This document shows positions 12,551 through 20,364 of a DNA stretch of 64,000 bases, piece by piece; position 1 is the stretch's first letter, and each line of letters starts with the position of its first letter. The stretch spans positions 352 to 64,351 of the forward strand of contig CP075367.1 in assembly GCA_019454165.1 (NCBI GenBank). The letters are read 5' to 3'. The notes beneath the pieces are model-generated. The model did not search any database, was not told where the DNA came from, and saw nothing but the letters and a program-made list of their open reading frames with translations. The translations under genes and the position numbers were made by a program. The stretch comes from Anaerolineales bacterium (GTDB lineage Bacteria > Chloroflexota > Anaerolineae > Anaerolineales > UBA11579).

Positions 12551-14166
12551 TGCGTTTCCTCGATCTCGCCCAGGTAGCCAAGTTCCAGCAGGGCTTGCAG
12601 CACCTGCGGGCTGGCGCCGGGCTTGACGGTGATGGCCAGCGGGCCGAGCAATTCACCCAGCCAGCGGGCGGCGCGTGAGGCGCGTAGCGCCTTGAGCGCC
12701 GCGGCGGATGGCACGCGCAGCACCAGGCGCGGCGCCAGCTGGATCTGGGCGCCATACTGCTGCCAGCGGCGCAACGCCTGCGGCAGGTTGGGCGGCAAAG
12801 CCGCACCCACCTGCGCCTGCAACAGGGTCAGCAATTGGCTGGCCTGCAACCCCTGCTGGCGAGCAGCAGCCAGCCCGGCGGCAGAGATCTGGTACTGGTA
12901 GTTGCCCTTGCGCGGCGGCAGCCAGCTGCAGAAGCGGGCCGCCTGGTAGCGCACGGCCCGCGGGGTAAGCCGCGCGGCGGTGATCTGCCCCAACGAATCT
13001 ACCTTGAGCTTGACCGTCTCGGCGGGGATTTTTGGGCTGCGCTGGTGTAGCAAGTCCTCAGCCCATGCGCTCCAGCGGAAAGCGAGCGGCTCCACTTCAG
13101 TGGCACCGGCAAGCTCTACCAAGCCGAGCCAGTGCAGAGGGCCAGTTACATAGTAACGCACCAGGGCGCCATCAACCGCGTCCCAATGTTCAAAGCCACG
13201 CAGGTAGTTGCCGTGCTCATCACGCAAGTACCAGGCGTGATAGTCGCCGCCCGGGCGTTGGAAGTCAGGCTGGTGCTGCTTGACATCGGCTACAAAAGCT
13301 GCCAGGCTCCACCATTGGTCACGCGGCAAGCTGCGCAGCAAGCTCAGCACTTTGCCACGCGTGGCGCGCGGGTCGTTCTGCCAGCCGCCCTCGGCGAACA
13401 AGCCGGGCAGCAGGCGCAGCTCATTCAGTTCATCACTGTGCAGCCAGGCGGTTACCAGGGCCAAGAGCGCGTCACCGCGCTCCATCTCCAGCCAATTGCG
13501 GGCCGCGCTGGCGTTGACCTTGCCAGCGGCATCCACAAGACCGGCAGCCTGCAGCAAGGCTTGCAGGAAGCTGGTCTGGATCTGCCATTTTTCAAGTTCG
13601 GCGATTTCATCCAGGTTTTTATCGGTTCGCAGGGCCGCAAGCAAGCTGGTGGCCTCATCCAGCACGCCGTCCAAAGCAGGGTGCACGACGGTGCGCTCAT
13701 CCGGCCAAGCCGGGCGGCCCAATTGCGTCTGCACAGTAAGGTCGTGGGGCAGGATTGCCAGAACCTCATCAGGCAGATAGGCAAATTCCCCCGGGCCATC
13801 CTGGGCTTCAAAGAAGGCGCGGCCCAGCAGGCCACGGTACCAGAGCTGTTCCGTGATCGAGATCGGGTTGCGTTGGGGGCGCTCTTTTTCCAAACGGGCT
13901 GGGCCCATCTCGCGCAATTCACCAAAGCTGCGTACGAACTGCAGCCAGGGCATGCGGCCGCCAGCCGCCGCCAGCGCCTGCAACGCAGGTTGGCAGGCAA
14001 GCGGAATCAGGTCAGGCTCATTGGTCAGCAGGGCAGAAAGCTGGGCGGCCAACTGCTCGGCGGCCCGGCGGGCATCTGGGGCGTCAAGCTCCAAACGCCA
14101 GATGTCGGCAACGCTGCGTAGATAAGCCAGGTCATGGCCTTCAAGGCTGTGTTCAAGGCCGGGCAT
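12547..14166 (-). CDS. hypothetical protein, 539 aa
   Basis: This is a long ORF with non-repetitive, Trp/Leu/Ala-rich composition, co-oriented and coupled to otsB. I can name no motif with confidence. There is only a faint, memory-based resemblance to XPB/Ssl2 N-terminal 'helicase-associated' domain proteins. Confidence 0.6.
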   Translation of the reverse strand: MPGLEHSLEGHDLAYLRSVADIWRLELDAPDARRAAEQLAAQLSALLTNEPDLIPLACQPALQALAAAGGRMPWLQFVRSFGELREMGPARLEKERPQRNPISITEQLWYRGLLGRAFFEAQDGPGEFAYLPDEVLAILPHDLTVQTQLGRPAWPDERTVVHPALDGVLDEATSLLAALRTDKNLDEIAELEKWQIQTSFLQALLQAAGLVDAAGKVNASAARNWLEMERGDALLALVTAWLHSDELNELRLLPGLFAEGGWQNDPRATRGKVLSLLRSLPRDQWWSLAAFVADVKQHQPDFQRPGGDYHAWYLRDEHGNYLRGFEHWDAVDGALVRYYVTGPLHWLGLVELAGATEVEPLAFRWSAWAEDLLHQRSPKIPAETVKLKVDSLGQITAARLTPRAVRYQAARFCSWLPPRKGNYQYQISAAGLAAARQQGLQASQLLTLLQAQVGAALPPNLPQALRRWQQYGAQIQLAPRLVLRVPSAAALKALRASRAARWLGELLGPLAITVKPGASPQVLQALLELGYLGEIEETQ

Positions 14167-14189
14167 GGGCGGCTCCCAGCCAGCCGCCG

Positions 14190-15122
14190 TTAGCTGGCCG
14201 GCGGCGCCAGCACTTCCAGCGCCTGCGGCAATATGCTGATCTTGAGGTTGTGCACGTTGCTATTGAAGCCAGAGAAGGTCTCGCCGTCAATATGGATGGT
14301 GAGCGATTGCTTGGACTTGATCTCGATGGTCTTGGCTGTGCCCATCTTGACCTGCTTCTCAAAGCGGCCTTGAGTGCCCTTTAAAAATTCAGGGATGAGG
14401 CGGAACATGCTGAGGCGCGAGATCTTGTTGACCTGAGTGTAGTTGAGCAGGCCGTCGTCAAATTCGGCATCCGGGGCAGTGATAAAACCGCCGCCCTCGC
14501 GCTTGCCGTTGCACACGCCCAGCATCAGCACGTCGGCCGCCCAGCTTTCCTGGTCAGTGGTGATCTGCATGTTCATGACATCATAGCGGCGGATGATGGT
14601 GAGCAGCGTTGCGGCAAAGTACATGAGAAAACCGCGTACCAGCGGCAGGTTATGCGAATAAATGTTGACCGAGCCGCCAAAACCGATGTTCATGGTGTTG
14701 TCCCAGTATTCTTTGCGGCCGTTCTCATCTTCGATCAGGGCAATGTCGATCGTGCGGGTGTGGCCCTGCAGGGCCATTTGTAGGGCATCCCGCGGGCCAT
14801 CCGGCAGGCCCAGGTTATGGGCAAAATCATTGCCGGAACCCAGCGGCACGATGCCGAACTTGGGGCGTTTGTTGGCAGGCACGCTCATCAATCCGTTGAT
14901 CACTTCGTGGGCTGTGCCATCGCCCCCCACCGCGATTACCATCTCATACCCCTCTTCAGCGGCCTCGCGAGCCAGTTCGGTGGCATGGGTCGGGTACACC
15001 GTGCCCGCCCAATCGGCACCCCCGTGCTGTTCAGCAATGGCTCGCAGGTCGGTAGCTTGCCGCCAGGCGTTGCCCAGGTCAGCATTGGGGTTGATGATGA
15101 GCTTGATGCGTTTGCGAGCCAT
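14190..15122 (-). CDS. diacylglycerol kinase-family lipid kinase (YegS/BmrU-like)
   Basis: Motifs VIAVGGDGTAHEVINGL and VPLGSGNDFAHNLG are present. ATG 15122 is preceded by a GGAGA SD. The longer ORF-track start at 15167 lacks this support. Confidence 0.85.
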   Translation of the reverse strand: MARKRIKLIINPNADLGNAWRQATDLRAIAEQHGGADWAGTVYPTHATELAREAAEEGYEMVIAVGGDGTAHEVINGLMSVPANKRPKFGIVPLGSGNDFAHNLGLPDGPRDALQMALQGHTRTIDIALIEDENGRKEYWDNTMNIGFGGSVNIYSHNLPLVRGFLMYFAATLLTIIRRYDVMNMQITTDQESWAADVLMLGVCNGKREGGGFITAPDAEFDDGLLNYTQVNKISRLSMFRLIPEFLKGTQGRFEKQVKMGTAKTIEIKSKQSLTIHIDGETFSGFNSNVHNLKISILPQALEVLAPPAS

Positions 15123-15170
15123 TATGTCTCCAGAAGGGGGAATGGCGGAATTATAGTCCGAAACCAAAAT

Positions 15171-15195
15171 GCCGCCTCAAAGGGCGGCTTTTTGG
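15171..15195. terminator. bidirectional intrinsic terminator
   Basis: GCCGCC-TCAAAG-GGCGGC is flanked by AAAAT on one side and TTTTTGG on the other. It lies between the ferritin-like gene's stop and the lipid-kinase start. Confidence 0.6.
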
Positions 15196-15219
15196 TGATT
15201 CTTGCGCAAATTGCAGCGG

Positions 15220-15678
15220 TTAGAGCGGCCAATCACGCAAGATGCGTTCGGTTTCCTCGGCGTGGCGGGTTTCATCGCTCACAATGTTCTCCAGCTCCAC
15301 CGCCAGGCCCTTGTCGCCATACTCGTCGGCCTGCTCGGCGCGCTGGGTGTAGTCACGCACGGCGCGCTGCTCGGCCTCGAGCACCGCTTCCAGCATCTCA
15401 CGGTTGCTTTCGGCCATAGCCACGGGGCGAGCTTCGGTAGTAGGCTCGCCGCCAAGGGCAACAATCTTGTTGGCCAGGAACTGGGCGTGGCGCTGCTCAT
15501 CCGGCACTTCGGCCAAAAAGAATTCGACCAACTGCGGGCGGTATGGGCCGGTTACCTTGGCGGCATACACAATGTATTGGCTTATGGCGCCCAGCTCGCC
15601 GGCCAGATCCTCGTTCAAATTATGTATCAGGTCGGCCTTGGCTTGCACCATGGTGGCTGATTTGTCTTTGGTTGCCAT
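15220..15678 (-). CDS. ferritin-like (bacterioferritin-related) diiron four-helix-bundle protein
   Basis: 152 aa. It has paired ExxH motifs (PDEQRHAQ and SDETRHAE) plus upstream Glu ligands (NEDLAGELGAISQY and AVLEAEQRA). Confidence 0.75.
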   Translation of the reverse strand: MATKDKSATMVQAKADLIHNLNEDLAGELGAISQYIVYAAKVTGPYRPQLVEFFLAEVPDEQRHAQFLANKIVALGGEPTTEARPVAMAESNREMLEAVLEAEQRAVRDYTQRAEQADEYGDKGLAVELENIVSDETRHAEETERILRDWPL

Positions 15679-15798
15679 TTTGCACCTCCTGCATAGGCAT
15701 GACTATTTCTGAGCACAGTGTCTCATTCAAGACAACGAGGAGATAGGGTCATCTATCACAGGTCAGCTGCCTAAATGGCCTGAGCTGCTTAAGTTGCC

Positions 15799-16362
15799 CT
15801 AATTCTGGAAGGGCAGGTAGCAGATCTCGGCTTCGACCCCATTTGGGGAGATATGCAGCAGGCCATACGAGGGGTCTTTGCCGGGCAATACCTGGCAACA
15901 GGCGGAACCCGGGTTGACCACCAGAGTATTGCCGAAGCGCCGCACCAACGGCTCGTGGGTATGGCCGAAGACGATGACGTCTGAGCCCGGGAAGAACGCC
16001 AACATGCGCTGGGTGAAATAGTCAAACGAACGCGGGCCAAAAAGCAAGTAGGCCAGCTTGTCGCGCAGATAGTTGGGCCAGTTAATATGGCCATGGGCCA
16101 GGCCGACGCGCACCCCGCCAAACTCCAGGTGGCGGTAACTGGGAAGGTCATCAAAGCCGAACCAATCCGTATTGCCGCGCACGGCGTGCACGGGAGCCAC
16201 CTCAGCCAGCTGCGCCAGCAGGCTGGGCGAAGAAATGTCGCCCGCATGCAGGATGGCGGCCACACCAGCCTGCTGGAAGGCGGGCAGGATGCGCGGGTCC
16301 AGACCGCGTTTGCGGTCTGGCACATGCGTGTCTGCGATCAATCCGAGGGTGATCTTCGACAA
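15799..16362 (-). CDS. YfcE-like metallophosphoesterase
   Basis: 187 aa. Motifs ADTHVPDR, HAGDISS, GNTD and FGHTHEP are present. Confidence 0.85.
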   Translation of the reverse strand: MSKITLGLIADTHVPDRKRGLDPRILPAFQQAGVAAILHAGDISSPSLLAQLAEVAPVHAVRGNTDWFGFDDLPSYRHLEFGGVRVGLAHGHINWPNYLRDKLAYLLFGPRSFDYFTQRMLAFFPGSDVIVFGHTHEPLVRRFGNTLVVNPGSACCQVLPGKDPSYGLLHISPNGVEAEICYLPFQN

Positions 16363-16373
16363 TCTGGCTCCCG

Positions 16374-17609
16374 CTACGATTTTAGCGGGATGACCAGGTC
16401 ATATGGGTAAGGCGCAAGGATCTCGATGTGTCCGTCGGGATGCATATAGACCGCATCCTCAATGCGCACGCCCAGCCCGCGCTCGGGGTAATACAAGCCG
16501 GGCTCGACTGTGATGACCATGCCGGGCTTGAGCACATCTTCGGCGGTGGTATCACGCCCGGTGGAGGGGCGCTCGTGGATATCGAGACCCAGACCGTGGG
16601 CGAAAGAATGTACATACCCGTTACGCGTCAGCGGGTCCTGGCGCACGGTGGGGTGACCCTGGGCTTCGAACAACTCGCACACGCGGTCCTGGTAAACCGT
16701 GCCATGCACGCCCGTCTTCAGCTCGCCCATCACGGTGTCGAATACCGAGCGCACATCGTCGTACAAGGCTTGCGCCTCGGGCGTGGCGTGGCCAATGCAC
16801 CAGGTGCGCGTGAAATCGGCGAAGTAGCCGCCGCCGGCTTGCACCGGGTAGATATCGAACACGATCGGTTCGCCGAGGCGCAGCGGTGCATCCGGGCTGC
16901 CCTGGCTGTGCGGCACGCCGCCCTCGGCGCCGGGGGCAAAGATCGTGCCGTGCGGGTTATCCATGCCACGCTCGGCCAATAGGCGGTTGATCAGCGATTT
17001 GACCTTGGCTACGGTCACTGGCTGGCCATCTTCGCCGGTGAGCACACCGCCAACATCCTTCTGACGGCTGAGGAAGTCAGCCACCAGGCCCACAACCTCC
17101 ACGGTGCTTTGGGCGACACTACGCATCTGCTCGATCTCTTGCGGATCTTTGGTGGCCCGTGCCTGCAGCAAGAGGGAGTCTTTGTATTCGCCAACAAACT
17201 CGATGTTGGGCAGCAGCTCCTGCAGGCCGGAGATCAGTCCAAAGGTTTCGCCGGCATCGCGCTGCCCGTAGACGGCTACTTTGCCGGCGGTCAGGCCCAC
17301 ATCGATCAGCATGCGCTGGTACAGGCGCGCAGTGGCGCGCAGGGGGTTCTTGCCCTCCTGCTCATAGATATCGCGGTAGTTGTAATCCGTGATCGAGCGG
17401 GTCTGCAAACCGGTGGCGGCCGCCTCGTCACGCTCCATGTTGTGATAGAAGAGCAGCGGCTCCTCGCCGCGTTTGACCACCAATACGCCATCGGTCACGT
17501 GCTTGACGCCGGTGAAATAGGTCATGGCCGGGTTGTGCATGGCATCCCCCAAAATGATCAGGGCGTCCAGCCCGCGGGCTTGCATCAATGCGGGTAAATC
17601 TGATTTCAT
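16374..17609 (-). CDS. M24 family Xaa-Pro peptidase
   Basis: 411 aa. It has a creatinase-like N-domain and pita-bread motifs (FDIYP..YFADFTRTW, HGLGLDIHE, VEPGLY, RIEDAV). Confidence 0.85.
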   Translation of the reverse strand: MKSDLPALMQARGLDALIILGDAMHNPAMTYFTGVKHVTDGVLVVKRGEEPLLFYHNMERDEAAATGLQTRSITDYNYRDIYEQEGKNPLRATARLYQRMLIDVGLTAGKVAVYGQRDAGETFGLISGLQELLPNIEFVGEYKDSLLLQARATKDPQEIEQMRSVAQSTVEVVGLVADFLSRQKDVGGVLTGEDGQPVTVAKVKSLINRLLAERGMDNPHGTIFAPGAEGGVPHSQGSPDAPLRLGEPIVFDIYPVQAGGGYFADFTRTWCIGHATPEAQALYDDVRSVFDTVMGELKTGVHGTVYQDRVCELFEAQGHPTVRQDPLTRNGYVHSFAHGLGLDIHERPSTGRDTTAEDVLKPGMVITVEPGLYYPERGLGVRIEDAVYMHPDGHIEILAPYPYDLVIPLKS

Positions 17610-17611
17610 TT

Positions 17612-18823
17612 CTATACTCCTATCAATACTTTTCGTAAAATACGCGGCTTCAGCAAGGCAGCCGGGTGCTGCTGGCTCATCAAAATGCCAACAAACAGTT
17701 GGCGTACTTCAGGCGCCTGTTCGCACAACCTGATGATACGGTCCATCAACAAGGGGTTCACATACACTTTACGCAGATAGCCCAGAAAGCGGAACATGCT
17801 CTGGAAGTTGGCACGTAGCATGCGGTCGTAGCCAGCCAACGCCTTGGGGCCAAAATCGCTGCTGGCAAAACAGCTCTGCAAGAATTCCGCCGCCATCTTG
17901 CCCGTTTCCAGGGCAAAGTCGATCCCCTCCCCCGTGAGCGGGCTGACCAAGCCAGCGCTCTCGCCCACCAGCAGGACGCGCTTGCCGAAAGTGGGTGCGG
18001 TGGTAAAGTCGATGCGCAAAGGGTAGCTCTTGATGGCGCCAACCTGGCTGGCGCCATCCATCAGCGAACGCAAGCGCGGGCTGGCCACAAAGCGAGCCAG
18101 GGCGGTACGCAACGAGCCACCCGCGCCGGCTTGCTCACGCCACAGGCCCAAGCCAATATTGGCCGAGTCTGGCCCGGTGGGAAACACCCAACCATACCCG
18201 GGCATAGGCACTTCTTCAAAGTGAGCCTGAATGTGGTCGCCCAGGTTGCGCAACCCTTCATAGTAGGCGCGCACGGCCACGATCGGGCGCGGCGCGTATT
18301 CAAGGATGCCCATGTCACGCAAGAAACCAATATTGGCGCCGACCGCGGCAATCACTATTTTGGCGCGGTACGTAGCGGGCTGGCCATCCACATCAGCGAA
18401 AATATCGACGCCATTCTCGTCAACGGTTATCCGGGTGACCTTGGCCTCGCCTACAAACTGTGCGCCTTGTTGGATAGCGCGCTGGCGCAGAATATCGTCC
18501 AAATAGAGACGCGGAACGACGAGGAGATGGTCGCGGAACTCAGGATGCTCTGGAACGCTGGCCTGCATGGTGGCGCCGCGTTTGGCAAAGACCGAGATGC
18601 CATTGACGCGGAAGCCGGCCTCCTCCGCCTGGGCGAAGACGCCCATATCATCGAGGATGTGCAACGCGCGTGGGGTGAGGCCGTCTCCGCAGGTCTTATC
18701 ACGCGGGAAGGTAGCTTTATCCAGCAATAGCACACTGCGGCCAAGGCGGGCATTGTAATAGGCAGCCGCAGAACCGCCTGGCCCCGCGCCAATTACAACG
18801 ACGTCATAAAGCGGGGCTTGCAT
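17612..18823 (-). CDS. geranylgeranyl-reductase-family FAD-dependent oxidoreductase
   Basis: 403 aa. YDVVVIGAGPGGSAAAY (GxGxxG), DKTCGDGLTP and a C-terminal GESAGLVSPLTGEGI are typical of the GGR family. Confidence 0.8.
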   Translation of the reverse strand: MQAPLYDVVVIGAGPGGSAAAYYNARLGRSVLLLDKATFPRDKTCGDGLTPRALHILDDMGVFAQAEEAGFRVNGISVFAKRGATMQASVPEHPEFRDHLLVVPRLYLDDILRQRAIQQGAQFVGEAKVTRITVDENGVDIFADVDGQPATYRAKIVIAAVGANIGFLRDMGILEYAPRPIVAVRAYYEGLRNLGDHIQAHFEEVPMPGYGWVFPTGPDSANIGLGLWREQAGAGGSLRTALARFVASPRLRSLMDGASQVGAIKSYPLRIDFTTAPTFGKRVLLVGESAGLVSPLTGEGIDFALETGKMAAEFLQSCFASSDFGPKALAGYDRMLRANFQSMFRFLGYLRKVYVNPLLMDRIIRLCEQAPEVRQLFVGILMSQQHPAALLKPRILRKVLIGV

Positions 18824-18826
18824 TGA

Positions 18827-19663
18827 CTAGGCGGGGCCTGGCGTGTTTTGGGCTTCGAGCGCCTGCAGGATCTTGAGCACATCCGCGCGGGAGAGCTTCT
18901 CTCGCCCCTCAGCCAGCGCTTCCAACGTGGCGAGGGCCAGCGCCCGCGGGATATTCACAAAGTCAGAGAAGGTGCTGGCCGCCAGCTGCTGCATATACGC
19001 GTCAAACTCTGTCAGGTTGTGACGCGCATAGGTCTGCATCTCTGCGTCACCCCAGTCTTCAGGGTAGAAGTCTACGCCGCGCTGCAAGTCTTCCTTGCGG
19101 TTGCGCAGAATATTGACGGATTGCAAAGCGCGGCCGAATTGAATGGCCAGGCTGCGGTGGATCTGCACATGCTCGAACCAGGCCCACAGATCGCACAGCA
19201 GCAGCCCCACGGCGCCGGCCACGCTGTAGGTGTAGCGATCCAGGTCAGCCTGTGAGCGAACTGAGAAGCCGTTCAGCACCCAGTCGCGCATGCGGCCGGC
19301 CATCGCCGAGGTAGCTTCCCAGACCCGCGGGGCAATGAAGGCCGGGGCATAGCAGCACCATTCGGAAAGGCGCAGGGTGACTTCGGGCAGCTCATCCTTG
19401 TATGGGGCGAACAACGCCTCAAAACGGGCATGGTCAAAACGCTCGACCGAGGTCTGCGAATCCAGGATCAGGCAGATCGATTGGAGTAGCTCGGCTTTTT
19501 GCTCGGCCGTGAGATGAAAATGATCCTCGATCTCGTCAATGGCGCGCATGCACAGATAGCCAGCGGCCACCGCTTCTTGCAGACCCTGGGGCAACCTAAC
19601 GATGGGCAGGTAGAAGGTACGGCTGGTTTGCTCTAATACTTGCAGAGGGCTATTCGATGTCAT
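18827..19663 (-). CDS. squalene/phytoene-synthase-family protein (eukaryote-type SQS-like)
   Basis: 278 aa. SRTFYLPI..YLCMRAIDEIEDH contains the first Asp-rich motif (DEIED). LQSVNILRNRKEDLQRGVDFYPEDW resembles the SQS second motif but with NRKED in place of DxxED. Confidence 0.7.
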   Translation of the reverse strand: MTSNSPLQVLEQTSRTFYLPIVRLPQGLQEAVAAGYLCMRAIDEIEDHFHLTAEQKAELLQSICLILDSQTSVERFDHARFEALFAPYKDELPEVTLRLSEWCCYAPAFIAPRVWEATSAMAGRMRDWVLNGFSVRSQADLDRYTYSVAGAVGLLLCDLWAWFEHVQIHRSLAIQFGRALQSVNILRNRKEDLQRGVDFYPEDWGDAEMQTYARHNLTEFDAYMQQLAASTFSDFVNIPRALALATLEALAEGREKLSRADVLKILQALEAQNTPGPA

Positions 19664-19671
19664 TCGTCAGA

Positions 19672-20076
19672 TTATATATCACCGCTATGGCGCCACTGGC
19701 TACGTTCTCGTAAGCGCAGAAACCACTCGATAGCAAAGAAGGCCAACGCCAGGAAGATGACCAACGCAGGGTTGAGCACCCGCCCAAATTGCAGCCAGGC
19801 CAACGTAGCCGCATATACGCCCACCCACAACCCCTGACGTACGATCGCATTCACCCGCGCGGGCGGGTCGCTGGGAAAGCGGTAATTTATGAACGAAACA
19901 ATCGGCAACCCTAAGCCTGTGAAGGCGATGGCGATCAGAAAGAAAAATAGCCAGCGCGGTATCAGGTGGGGTTGGGTGCTGGTGACCAGCAAGCCCAGGC
20001 CGCCCCAGCCGAAAACCAATAGCAGCGCAGTGGTAGGCAAAAAGGCAAAGGGGGAAGGAGTACCGGCTTTGTTCAT
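19672..20076 (-). CDS. small integral membrane protein (about 4 TM), unknown function
   Basis: 134 aa with four hydrophobic segments. It is the first gene of a tightly packed minus-strand operon (gaps of 8, 3, 2 and 11 nt). Confidence 0.55.
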   Translation of the reverse strand: MNKAGTPSPFAFLPTTALLLVFGWGGLGLLVTSTQPHLIPRWLFFFLIAIAFTGLGLPIVSFINYRFPSDPPARVNAIVRQGLWVGVYAATLAWLQFGRVLNPALVIFLALAFFAIEWFLRLRERSQWRHSGDI

Positions 20077-20102
20077 GCTTAAGAGATTATACGCTTTAGC
20101 CC

Positions 20103-20132
20103 TTGACGGCGGCGAGGATGCCGGTGTACACT
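20103..20132 (+). promoter_or_regulatory. sigma70-like promoter TTGACG-18-TACACT
   Basis: TTGACG at 20103..20108, an 18-nt spacer, then TACACT at 20127..20132. Confidence 0.5.
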
Positions 20133-20152
20133 GCCGCAGTTAGGAGACAGGC

Positions 20153-20254
20153 GTGAAATTCTTCTTCACTGACACCAACCCTGAGCAGTCCCCGGCTTCC
20201 AAGGCCGGTGGCTTTTCCCTGCCTTGGCGTAGTGCGCCTGTTTCCGGCCTATAG
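20153..20254 (+). CDS. candidate 33-codon small ORF or leader peptide
   Basis: AGGAGA (20142..20147) lies 5 nt before GTG 20153. The translation is VKFFFTDTNPEQSPASKAGGFSLPWRSAPVSGL, with stop TAG at 20252..20254. It is too short for the ORF track. There is no homology evidence. Confidence 0.3.
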   Translation: MKFFFTDTNPEQSPASKAGGFSLPWRSAPVSGL

Positions 20255-20276
20255 AGTCATCTGAACTTTGGTGAAC

Positions 20277-20308
20277 GGCCGCACGGCGCACAGCCCTGCG
20301 GCCTTTTT
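20277..20308 (+). terminator. intrinsic terminator 1 of a tandem pair
   Basis: GGCCGCA-N13-TGCGGCC followed by TTTTT. Confidence 0.6.
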
Positions 20309-20314
20309 GTTTAA

Positions 20315-20346
20315 GACCGCGGGCAGCCCTGCGGTCTTTTGCTTTT
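20315..20346 (+). terminator. intrinsic terminator 2 of a tandem pair
   Basis: GACCGC-N10-GCGGTC followed by TTTTGCTTTT. The loop and 3' arm (CAGCCCTGCGG) are nearly identical to terminator 1. Confidence 0.6.
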
Positions 20347-20364
20347 ATTACTCAGGAGAGAAAA

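Noticed and set aside
20159-20167. Three consecutive Phe codons (TTC TTC TTC) in the sORF read as a classical Phe-attenuation leader.
   Set aside because: The Phe run is at codons 3-5, about 85 nt before the stop, and does not overlap the terminator or antiterminator arms. The downstream gene is a GNAT, not a Phe-pathway or pheST gene. I keep this only as a minor possibility within the finding.
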